DNA of 24,000 nucleotides from Koleobacter methoxysyntrophicus. Its GTDB lineage: Bacteria > Bacillota > Thermosediminibacteria > Koleobacterales > Koleobacteraceae. The notes under the pieces were generated by a model that was given only the letters and a program-made list of their open reading frames with translations, ran no database searches and was not told the origin of the DNA. The translations under genes were made by a program, and so were the position numbers. The stretch spans positions 2,468,888 through 2,492,887 of the forward strand of contig NZ_CP059066.1 of assembly GCF_017301615.1 (NCBI RefSeq). Direction: 5' to 3'. This document shows positions 8,608-16,180 of the stretch, piece after piece (position 1 is the first letter of the stretch; every line of letters starts with the position of its first letter).

Positions 8608-8991
8608 ATGGAAAACTTAAAGGAAAAGGTTTCATATTTAAAAGGATTGACAGAAGGGTTGGAATTAGAAGAAAGTAAAGAAACAAAATTGTTAAAAAAA
8701 ATAATTTCAGTGTTACAGGATTTTGCTGATGCAATTGATGAACTCGAAGCATCTCAAGTTGAACTTGAGGAATATGTTGAAGCAATAGATGAGGACCTTG
8801 GCAACCTTGAGAGGGATTACTATGATTTGGATGATTATGAAGAAGAACCCGATTATTTAGAAGTAACATGCCCTCATTGCAATGAAGTTGTTTTTATAGA
8901 TGAATCCATTGATGATGAGGTTCTTTGCCCCAATTGTAGAGAACGTATTGAAATTAATGATAATGATAATTCAGGAAAGGAAAACGAATAG
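8608..8991 (+). CDS. hypothetical acidic protein with a C-terminal CxxC...CxxC zinc ribbon
   Basis: 127-aa ORF with strong SD aaggagg. The N-terminal helical region is very D/E-rich. The C-terminus has CPHC (x18) CPNC, typical of a 4-Cys zinc ribbon. A terminator follows. Confidence 0.75.
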   Translation: MENLKEKVSYLKGLTEGLELEESKETKLLKKIISVLQDFADAIDELEASQVELEEYVEAIDEDLGNLERDYYDLDDYEEEPDYLEVTCPHCNEVVFIDESIDDEVLCPNCRERIEINDNDNSGKENE

Positions 8992-9022
8992 AAAATTTTT
9001 GAAAATTCTATGTCGATAAAAG

Positions 9023-9054
9023 AACACCGTTTGTATATACGGTGTTTTTATTTT
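9023..9054 (+). terminator. rho-independent terminator upstream of spoIIIA
   Basis: Stem aacaccgt (9023-9030) pairs with acggtgtt (9039-9046), loop ttgtatat, followed by a T-rich run (tttttatttt). Confidence 0.8.
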
Positions 9055-9128
9055 GCAAAATTTTAAGCAGTAGTCATATTATCTTCACTGAGCAAATAAT
9101 AATTATATAAATAGAGGAGGGACAAGGA

Positions 9129-10145
9129 TTGATTGTCGTAAAAAAAAGGTTTGTAAAAGCTAATAATTATAAAAAAGGATATGACCTGTTTTTGTCAGAT
9201 ATTTATCCCTACTTACCATCAAATTTAAGGAACATACTGAGTCAAGTAGAAACCGATATTTATGAGTTCATTGAAGAGATTAGGCTTAGGATAAATAGAC
9301 CCCTTATGATATATGGAAATAATACTGATTTTTTTGTTCAGGATTGCGGTAAGATTACCCACATTTCTGAACAGGGTTACATAGTAACAAAAGATGATAT
9401 ACAAAAAACCCTACATTTGCTTTCGGAAAGTTCGATATATGCTTTAGAGGAAGAATTAAAAAATGGGTTTATAACAATCAAAGGTGGCCATAGAGTAGGT
9501 CTCGCCGGCAAGATAATTATGGAAAATGGTGTAATAAAAACTATAAAAGATATAAGCAGTTTGAATATTCGTATAAGTAAAGAGGTCATAGGTGCAGCAG
9601 ATAAAATAATTAAATATATAATTGATCCGCTTTCCAACAGGGTTTTCAATACATTGATAATTTCGCCTCCTAAATGCGGGAAAACTACCATATTAAGGGA
9701 TATAGTCAGGCAGCTGAGTAACGGCATACCGAATAAAGGCTTTAAAGGAATAAATGTAGGGGTAGTTGACGAACGTTCGGAAATTGCCAGTTTTTATGAT
9801 GGGGTCTATAAAAAAGATTTAGGGGTAAGGACTGATGTGTTGGATTCCTGTCCGAAAGCTCAAGGTATTATTATGTTAATAAGGTCTATGTCTCCTCAAG
9901 TTATAGCTACAGATGAAATTGGGAAAAAACAGGATGCTGCAGCAATAGAAGAAGCAGTTAATGCTGGAGTCAGTATAATTACTACCGTTCACGGAGCGAA
10001 TATTGATGATATTAGAAATAGACCGACAATGAGGAAAATTTTAAATGAAAGGTTCTTTGATGTATTGATTTTTTTGAGCAACCGTTTAGGAGTTGGTACA
10101 ATTGAAAAGGTTCTTGATGGAAAAACCTTCAAGCCCATACATTAA
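9129..10145 (+). CDS. spoIIIAA: stage III sporulation protein AA (AAA+/secretion-ATPase-like)
   Basis: 338-aa ORF with Walker A in IISPPKCGKTTILRDI and a Walker B-like VIATDEIG. It is the first gene of an eight-gene spoIIIA-ordered cluster. GGAGGG lies 8 nt upstream of the TTG start. Confidence 0.9.
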   Translation: MIVVKKRFVKANNYKKGYDLFLSDIYPYLPSNLRNILSQVETDIYEFIEEIRLRINRPLMIYGNNTDFFVQDCGKITHISEQGYIVTKDDIQKTLHLLSESSIYALEEELKNGFITIKGGHRVGLAGKIIMENGVIKTIKDISSLNIRISKEVIGAADKIIKYIIDPLSNRVFNTLIISPPKCGKTTILRDIVRQLSNGIPNKGFKGINVGVVDERSEIASFYDGVYKKDLGVRTDVLDSCPKAQGIIMLIRSMSPQVIATDEIGKKQDAAAIEEAVNAGVSIITTVHGANIDDIRNRPTMRKILNERFFDVLIFLSNRLGVGTIEKVLDGKTFKPIH

Positions 10146-10176
10146 AATACCGATAAGGTGGAATGGAGGTATTTAA

Positions 10177-10698
10177 ATGTTAATTAAAATTGCCGGTGTT
10201 TTGATTATTATTATTTCTTCTTCATATATTGGTTTTTTAATAGCAGGTTTTTACAGGGATCGACCTAAACAATTGAGAAACTTACAAGCTGCATTGCATA
10301 TGCTGGAAACTGAAATTATATATTTTTCAACACCTTTACCTGATGCCATGAGAAAAATATCCTGTAAATGCGATCCTAGGGTCTCTGATGTATTTAAAAC
10401 CGTTGCTGAAATGTTGGATAAGCGACAGGGCTATACAGCAGGAGAGTGTTGGGAAATGGCCATAAACAGTTTCTATCAGAATTCATCTATTAATATAAAT
10501 GATAAAGAAATATTAATTTCTTTTGCTAAATATTTAGGCAGCACAGATAAAGATAACCAGCTAAAAAATCTTAAACTTACTAGAGAACTATTGCATAAAC
10601 AGGAAGAAGAGGCGGAAGAAGTCAGGAATAGAAACGAAAAAATATGGAGATATATAGGGGTTTTGACAGGGGTTATGATTGTATTGCTGATATTCTGA
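10177..10698 (+). CDS. spoIIIAB: stage III sporulation protein AB
   Basis: 173 aa with N- and C-terminal TM helices. The conserved RPKQLRNLQAALHMLETEIIY segment parallels B. subtilis SpoIIIAB, and operon position agrees. Confidence 0.88.
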   Translation: MLIKIAGVLIIIISSSYIGFLIAGFYRDRPKQLRNLQAALHMLETEIIYFSTPLPDAMRKISCKCDPRVSDVFKTVAEMLDKRQGYTAGECWEMAINSFYQNSSININDKEILISFAKYLGSTDKDNQLKNLKLTRELLHKQEEEAEEVRNRNEKIWRYIGVLTGVMIVLLIF

Positions 10699-10718
10699 TA
10701 AGAAAGGAGTTATGAAAA

Positions 10719-10916
10719 ATGGATGTTGATCTGATTTTCAAAATAGCAGGGCTGGGAATACTTATTTCTATTTTAAACAAAGTATTAATTCAATCGGGAA
10801 GGGAAGAACAGGCTCAGATGACGACACTGGTTGGTGTTATAATTGTATTATTAATCGTTATTCAATTGATTGGCAAGCTATTTGACAGCGTTAAGACTAT
10901 GTTCCATCTGTATTAA
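10719..10916 (+). CDS. spoIIIAC: stage III sporulation protein AC
   Basis: 65-aa two-TM protein. MDVDLIFKIAGLGILISIL resembles the SpoIIIAC N-terminus, and operon position agrees. Confidence 0.88.
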   Translation: MDVDLIFKIAGLGILISILNKVLIQSGREEQAQMTTLVGVIIVLLIVIQLIGKLFDSVKTMFHLY

Positions 10917-10932
10917 TCAGGGGTGTTTATAA

Positions 10933-11319
10933 ATGGAAGTTTTAAATATAGTAGGAATGGGGCTTATAGCGGCTATCCTAGTAGTTGTTTTAAAAGAAGA
11001 AAGACCTGAAATAGCGATCCAGGTTTCTATTTTAGTCGGTATTATAATCTTTATATTGATGGTTAACAAGATATCATTGGTTATATCAATCCTGGAAGAC
11101 CTGTCACGAAAGGTTAATATAGATTTCATATATTTTTCTACTATACTTAAGATTATAGGTATCGCATATATAACGGAATTTGGAGCCCAAATTTGCAGGG
11201 ATGCTGGTTCTGGAGCAATTGCTTCAAAGATAGAATTTGCAGGGAAAATTTTAATTATTTTACTATCAGTACCTATAATTGTGGCACTGCTCGAGATGGT
11301 ACTTAAGATAATGCCGTAA
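10933..11319 (+). CDS. spoIIIAD: stage III sporulation protein AD
   Basis: 128-aa membrane protein with the highly conserved ILKIIGIAYITEFGAQICRDAGSGAIASKIEFAGKILI block. Confidence 0.9.
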   Translation: MEVLNIVGMGLIAAILVVVLKEERPEIAIQVSILVGIIIFILMVNKISLVISILEDLSRKVNIDFIYFSTILKIIGIAYITEFGAQICRDAGSGAIASKIEFAGKILIILLSVPIIVALLEMVLKIMP

Positions 11320-11337
11320 CGGAGTTGAGACATAATT

Positions 11338-12513
11338 ATGGGAAAAATTAAACCCTTTAAAATAAGTATTCTTATGATTAGTATAATTTTTTTGCTGTCA
11401 GGTATGACATTTGCCCAGGAGGAAATTGATATAATCGACGAACAGATTTCAAAACTTGATTTTAGTCAGGTTGAGGAATTATTAAATTCAATGAACAGGG
11501 ATGTAGAGGAATTTATACCTGAATTTACCATAGATAATTTAATAAACCTTATCAAAAATAAGGATATAAATTATTCTTTCAAATCGTTTTTCGCAGGGGT
11601 ATTTAATTATTTTTTTAAAGAAGTTATAGCAAATTCCCAGTTATTAGCAAAATTAATTATACTCGCCGTATTGCTGGCAATTTTGCAAAATCTCCAGTCT
11701 GCTTTTGAAAAAGATAATATCAGTAAACTGGCATATAGTGTATGCTATTTGATATTGATAGGGATTATAGTCAACAGTTTTACGATTGCCCTCTCCTTAG
11801 GAAAACAAGCGATTAACGATATGGTTAATTTCCTGCATGCAATTCTTCCCCTTTTATTGAGTTTGCTTGTTGCCCTTGGTGGTTTTGCCTCTGCTGCTGT
11901 TTTTCATCCCATTATTCTCATGACTATAAGTGGAGTGGGCACTTTAATAAGGGACATACTTTTGCCTTTAATTTTTTTATCATCAATCCTTACAATTGTT
12001 GACAATATAACAGATGCCTACAAGGTTTCACGAATGTCCGGTTTGTTAAGGGAAATAAGTATAGGTTTGTTAGGTTTTTTCCTTAGCATTTTTTTAGGTG
12101 TAATGATAATCCAGGGAGCAGGTGCTGCTGTAGCCGATGGTGTATCCGTTAGGACAGCTAAGTTTGCTACGAAAAACTTTTTCCCTATAGTCGGCGGAAT
12201 ATTTGCGGATGCCATCGACATGGTAATAGGATGTTCATTGTTACTAAAAAACTCTATAGGCATTTTTGGAGCAATTGTTGTTTTCCTCATTTGTATCTTC
12301 CCTGTGATAAAGATTATTTCAATTATGGTGATATATAAAATTGCCAGCGCCCTAGTTGAACCCCTGGGAGAGAATAAAATTGTAAAATGTTTAAATGATG
12401 TGGGGAATTCCCTTACCATGATTTTTGTCTGTGTATCAGCTGTAGCTATGATGCTGTTTATAGCAATAACAATAATAATTGGCGCCGGTAATGTTATGGT
12501 GATGATGCGTTAA
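11338..12513 (+). CDS. spoIIIAE: stage III sporulation protein AE
   Basis: 391-aa polytopic membrane protein with a signal-like N-terminus. Size and operon position fit SpoIIIAE. Confidence 0.88.
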   Translation: MGKIKPFKISILMISIIFLLSGMTFAQEEIDIIDEQISKLDFSQVEELLNSMNRDVEEFIPEFTIDNLINLIKNKDINYSFKSFFAGVFNYFFKEVIANSQLLAKLIILAVLLAILQNLQSAFEKDNISKLAYSVCYLILIGIIVNSFTIALSLGKQAINDMVNFLHAILPLLLSLLVALGGFASAAVFHPIILMTISGVGTLIRDILLPLIFLSSILTIVDNITDAYKVSRMSGLLREISIGLLGFFLSIFLGVMIIQGAGAAVADGVSVRTAKFATKNFFPIVGGIFADAIDMVIGCSLLLKNSIGIFGAIVVFLICIFPVIKIISIMVIYKIASALVEPLGENKIVKCLNDVGNSLTMIFVCVSAVAMMLFIAITIIIGAGNVMVMMR

Positions 12514-12528
12514 GGAAGGAGTGGTATA

Positions 12529-13185
12529 TTGATCGAATTCCTGAAAAACTGGATTAGGAGTATAGTCTTAATTATATTTTTTGCTTTCCTTTTAGAAGTA
12601 TTTATGCCCAGAAGCGATTTAAGCAGATATATAAAAGTTATATTAGGTTTTTTGGTAATTATAACTGTTTTAAGCCCGGTTTTAAGCCTATTTAATTTAG
12701 ATTTTGATTTCAACCAGAGGATCTGGGCAATAAAAAATGATATAGAAATACAAGAAATAACTGAAAGAGGGAAGAGTATTCAAAAGGATTATAATGAACA
12801 GGCTATTGAACAGTATAAAAAAGGCATAGTGGAACAGATTAAAAGTCACATTCTCGATGTTGTTGGGTTAGATGAATCTAAAATTGAGATAAATGTAGAA
12901 ATATGTGAAGATATTCATGATAAAGATTTTGGTAAACTGCAGGGGGTAGAAGTTATAATAGATTATTCAAAAAAAGAAGAAATGGGTGTAAAGAAAATTA
13001 AACCTGTAGAAATATCTATAGGATTACCTAATGAAACAAAGAAAGCATCGTCTGACCGAAATGAGGTAGATAATGATAGTATATTAATCAATAACATAAA
13101 AAAGGCCCTGTCTCAGTTTTATAACATTTCCCATGAAAGGGTTTATATAGAAGTGAGAAAGGATGAAGATTATGGAGCTTTTTAA
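12529..13185 (+). CDS. spoIIIAF: stage III sporulation protein AF
   Basis: 218 aa. The N-terminus (FLKNWIRSIVLIIFFAFLLEVFMP...YIKVILGFLVI) parallels B. subtilis SpoIIIAF. AAGGAG precedes the TTG start. Confidence 0.85.
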   Translation: MIEFLKNWIRSIVLIIFFAFLLEVFMPRSDLSRYIKVILGFLVIITVLSPVLSLFNLDFDFNQRIWAIKNDIEIQEITERGKSIQKDYNEQAIEQYKKGIVEQIKSHILDVVGLDESKIEINVEICEDIHDKDFGKLQGVEVIIDYSKKEEMGVKKIKPVEISIGLPNETKKASSDRNEVDNDSILINNIKKALSQFYNISHERVYIEVRKDEDYGAF

Positions 13186-13780
13186 GAATATAAACACTTT
13201 TTTGAAGAAAATCAGCAATTCTCAAGGCAAGAATATTAATACCCTTTTCATTTATCTGTTAATAGGGGTTATAATTCTGACAGCCGGAAGTATTCTTTTT
13301 GATAGCCCCGGTTCTGAAAGAAAAGCAGAAAATACAGTTACAAATTTAGAAAAGCGACCTGTGAAGGAAGAATCCAGCATAGAATATAAACATATCCTTG
13401 AAAAACAACTAAAGGATATCTTATCCTGTATTAATGGTGTTGGAAGGGTAGAAATAATGATAACTTTAGATACCGATGAAGAGATTCAGCCTGCATACAA
13501 TATTTCAGAAACCAGAAAAAATACTGAAGAAAAAGATACACAGGGTGGAATAAGGAATATAGCTGAGTTTAATAGTGACAAGAAAGTAGTTATTGTCAGG
13601 GAACAGGGCGGGAATGAAAAACCGGTGGTAGTAAAGGAAATAAAACCCCGTGTAAAAGGAGTAATTGTCGTAGCTGAAGGAGCAGAAAATTCTGCTATCG
13701 AAGAAAAACTAACTAAAGCCGTTAAAACGGTGTTAAATATTCCTGTTTATAAGATTAAAGTCTTACCGATGAAAAAATAA
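13172..13780 (+). CDS. spoIIIAG: stage III sporulation protein AG
   Basis: N-terminal TM helix and a C-terminal ring-building domain with VKGVIVVAEGAEN. The ATG at 13172 has better SD spacing (aaagga at 13157-13162) than the track start at 13163. It overlaps the end of spoIIIAF. Confidence 0.85.
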   Translation: MELFKNINTFLKKISNSQGKNINTLFIYLLIGVIILTAGSILFDSPGSERKAENTVTNLEKRPVKEESSIEYKHILEKQLKDILSCINGVGRVEIMITLDTDEEIQPAYNISETRKNTEEKDTQGGIRNIAEFNSDKKVVIVREQGGNEKPVVVKEIKPRVKGVIVVAEGAENSAIEEKLTKAVKTVLNIPVYKIKVLPMKK

Positions 13781-13809
13781 TAATAATATGATATGGGGAG
13801 GGGTATATA

Positions 13810-14334
13810 TTGATTATAAAAAAAAGGACATTAGTAATTTTTGTGTTAATCATTATTTTGGGGATAACCATACATCTTTATTTAAATAAAGAATCCCTTG
13901 ATTTTGAAGAAATAACCCAGACGGAAAAAGCGGTCTTAAATCAAGTAGAGTTTCCTCAGGATGATTTAGAAGATTTCGAGAAAGGCCAGAATTTTTTTAT
14001 AGATTATAAATTAGAAAGGGATAGGTTAAGAAGCCAGGAAATAGATATGTTGAGGGAAATAATTTATAATCCAAATTCTGATAAGGAGATTCGAGAACGA
14101 GCACAGGAAGACCTGCTAAAAATCATACGGCAGATGGAGAAAGAACTAATCCTGGAAAACCTTATTAAAGGGAAAGGGTTTGAAGATGCGGTTATCTTCT
14201 TTGGTGATGATTCAGTTAATGTAATAGTTAAAACTCAGGGGTTGGACGACAAACAGGTTGCACAAATCTGTGATATTGTTTCAAAAGGGACTGGTTTATC
14301 TCTAGATAAAATAACAATTATTGAAAGAAAATAA
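13810..14334 (+). CDS. spoIIIAH: stage III sporulation protein AH
   Basis: 174 aa with an N-terminal TM helix. FFIDYKLERDRLRSQEIDMLREII is typical of the SpoIIIAH/YscJ-like fold region. It is the last gene of the operon, with a GGGGAGGGG SD and a TTG start. Confidence 0.85.
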   Translation: MIIKKRTLVIFVLIIILGITIHLYLNKESLDFEEITQTEKAVLNQVEFPQDDLEDFEKGQNFFIDYKLERDRLRSQEIDMLREIIYNPNSDKEIRERAQEDLLKIIRQMEKELILENLIKGKGFEDAVIFFGDDSVNVIVKTQGLDDKQVAQICDIVSKGTGLSLDKITIIERK

Positions 14335-14346
14335 ACGGCTTATTAA

Positions 14347-14375
14347 TTGTAATAGAACCCTTCATCTGGTATAAT
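14347..14375 (+). promoter_or_regulatory. sigma-A-type promoter with extended -10 upstream of the asp23 module
   Basis: TTGTAA (14347-14352), a 17-nt spacer, then TGgTATAAT (14367-14375), located in the 61-nt gap after spoIIIAH. Confidence 0.6.
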
Positions 14376-14410
14376 AAATTTTTAGAGGAGAATATGTGGA
14401 GGTGATAGTT

Positions 14411-14797
14411 ATGGAGCTAACCAACAATGCTAACGATAATAAAGGTACGATAAAAATTGCCGATGAGGTTGTAAGTATAATAGCCGGTATTGCTGCAACG
14501 GAAGTCAAAGGAGTTGCCGGGATGAGCGGAGGAGTAGCCGGCGGTATAGTGGAAATACTTGGAAAAAAGAACCTATCTAAAGGTGTTAAGGTTGAAGTTG
14601 GGGAAAAAGAAGCTGCCGTAGATTTATATGTTATTGTTGAATATGGTGTAAGAATCCCGGAAGTAGCATGGAACATTCAGGAAAATGTCAAACAGGCAAT
14701 TGAAAATATGACAGGTTTGGAAGTAGTAGAGGTTAATATTCATGTTCAAGGTGTTAATTTTCAGCATGAGAATAAAGAAGATGGAAGGGTAAGATAA
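14411..14797 (+). CDS. Asp23/Gls24 family envelope stress response protein
   Basis: GTIKIADEVVSIIAGIAATEVKGVAGM and a DLYVIVEYGVRIPEVAWNIQENVKQAIENMTGLEV core typical of Asp23/DUF322. GGAGGTGA (14398-14405) precedes the ATG at 14411. The GTG at 14396 (track start) is also possible. Confidence 0.88.
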   Translation: MELTNNANDNKGTIKIADEVVSIIAGIAATEVKGVAGMSGGVAGGIVEILGKKNLSKGVKVEVGEKEAAVDLYVIVEYGVRIPEVAWNIQENVKQAIENMTGLEVVEVNIHVQGVNFQHENKEDGRVR

Positions 14798-14807
14798 TAT
14801 ATAATAA

Positions 14808-14840
14808 AATAACCCCCTGATTTCTCAGGGGGTTATTTTG
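14808..14840 (+). terminator. strong hairpin / probable intrinsic terminator or attenuator after asp23
   Basis: A 13-bp perfect stem, aataaccccctga (14808-14820) with tcagggggttatt (14825-14837), and loop tttc. The T tract is short and lies partly within the stem. Confidence 0.65.
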
Positions 14841-14865
14841 AATCTTATAAGAAAGGGGTTAGAAG

Positions 14866-15399
14866 ATGACTTTATTTGATAGGTTTATGCTGACGATATA
14901 TACCTTCTGCCTTACTATTTTTTCTATTTTTGCCATATTAATATCACTTAGGGTTTTGCCTGTGGATTTTTGCTGGACAACCTTTAAAGGGATTTATGGA
15001 AGATGGGAAACAGGTCTTATAGGGTTAGTATTTTTAATCGTAAGTTTAAAATTTTTGCTCTCTGGTATCAAAGGAAACAAATATAATCAAATACTGATTT
15101 CTACAACTTCTCTTGGGGAGATTAGTATTTCGTTAGTTGCCATAGAAAACACAGTAATTAAAACCGTAAAAGAAATAATAGGGGTTAGGGATGTAGAGGT
15201 AAAGATTAGAAATTATTCAGATGGCATTCGGTTAATTCTTAAATTAAACATAATACCTGATGTAAATATCCCTGAAATTACAACAGAAATACAGAAAAAT
15301 GTTAAAGAATATGTGGAAACAACAACGGGCATTAAAATTAAAGAAATAAAGGTTCTGATCGGGAATATAGCTACAAACATTAAATCAAGGGTTAGTTAG
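14866..15399 (+). CDS. amaP: alkaline shock response membrane anchor protein AmaP-like
   Basis: 177 aa with two N-terminal TM helices, then an Asp23-like soluble region (ISISLVAIENTVIKTVKEI...VEVKI). Adjacency to Asp23 and DUF2273 genes matches the known asp23 module. Confidence 0.75.
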   Translation: MTLFDRFMLTIYTFCLTIFSIFAILISLRVLPVDFCWTTFKGIYGRWETGLIGLVFLIVSLKFLLSGIKGNKYNQILISTTSLGEISISLVAIENTVIKTVKEIIGVRDVEVKIRNYSDGIRLILKLNIIPDVNIPEITTEIQKNVKEYVETTTGIKIKEIKVLIGNIATNIKSRVS

Positions 15400-15422
15400 G
15401 TTGATATTGTGAGGTGTTTAAA

Positions 15423-15647
15423 ATGTGGAAGGATATTGTAAGAGATGTATTAAAAGAACATAAGGGTAAAATAATTGGGGCCTTTTTAGGTCTGGTAATA
15501 AGTTTAATGATATTGTTCCTTGGATTTTTTAGGGCTGTTTTTATAATAATGTGTGTCTTAATAGGATACTTTATTGGTAACCGTATAGATAAAAAGGAAG
15601 ATATAAAAGAATTGCTGGAAAAATTTTTACCACCAGGTTCAGATTAA
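15423..15647 (+). CDS. DUF2273-like small integral membrane protein
   Basis: About 74 aa with two TM helices (GKIIGAFLGLVISLMILFLGFFRAVFIIMCVLIGYFIG). This is the third member of the Asp23/AmaP module. The ATG at 15423 has GAGG 8 nt upstream; the track start is a GTG at 15414. Confidence 0.7.
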   Translation: MWKDIVRDVLKEHKGKIIGAFLGLVISLMILFLGFFRAVFIIMCVLIGYFIGNRIDKKEDIKELLEKFLPPGSD

Positions 15648-15679
15648 TGAATGGTGCAGATTAAGGAGGACCGTTTTAT

Positions 15680-16123
15680 ATGAACAGAAGGATGGCCCGG
15701 GAAAACGTGTTAAAAATTCTATTTGAGATTGATGTGGGGGGAAAGCCCGCAGAAGATGCTCTGGCGGATTTTTTTGAGAATATAGGTATAAACTTAAATA
15801 ATGTTTCAGATAGAAACTTGATTTACATTAAAGAAACCGTAGAAGGAACGGTAAAAAATAGAAAAGAAATAGACTCCATTATTGAAGAATTTACTATTGA
15901 TTGGAAGCTCGATCGTTTAGCTAATGTAGACAAAAATGTTTTAAGGTTTTCGATATTTGAAATCTTATTTAAGGATGATATCCCTATCCAGGCGACGATT
16001 AATGAAGCTGTTGAATTAACAAAAAAGTATAACACAGAAGAAGCAGGAAAGTTTGTTAATGGGATACTGGGAGAAATAGTGAAACAGCTTGATAAAATCA
16101 ATAAAAGATTAAAAAGACCCTGA
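15680..16123 (+). CDS. nusB: transcription antitermination factor NusB
   Basis: 147 aa. RRMARENVLKILFEIDV, LDRLANVDKNVLRFSIFEIL and INEAVELTKKY....GKFVNGILG are canonical NusB segments. Strong SD aaggagg. Confidence 0.93.
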   Translation: MNRRMARENVLKILFEIDVGGKPAEDALADFFENIGINLNNVSDRNLIYIKETVEGTVKNRKEIDSIIEEFTIDWKLDRLANVDKNVLRFSIFEILFKDDIPIQATINEAVELTKKYNTEEAGKFVNGILGEIVKQLDKINKRLKRP

Positions 16124-16180
16124 AGGGGTAAAAATTGAGGGGCTTTCAAGGATAAGTAAAAAGGGGGGGCCATATAAAAA

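Noticed and set aside
8381-8869. 162-aa minus-strand ORF spanning the efp 3' end and the acidic zinc-ribbon gene
   Set aside because: It is antisense to two well-supported + strand genes with strong SDs. It is low-complexity (L/H/Q/P-rich) and is a typical shadow ORF of an acidic coding region.
10917-11333. 138-aa minus-strand ORF
   Set aside because: It is the exact antisense shadow of spoIIIAD, whose conserved protein block is unmistakable. No independent support exists.
12018-12419. 133-aa minus-strand ORF
   Set aside because: It is antisense to spoIIIAE with no SD and no recognisable motifs.
14394-14405. Three-codon mini-ORF (ATG TGG AGG TGA) overlapping the asp23 SD
   Set aside because: Its ATG lies only 3 nt from the preceding GGAG, which is too close for efficient initiation. 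It is more simply a by-product of two adjacent SD-like purine runs that create the 14396 versus 14411 start ambiguity.
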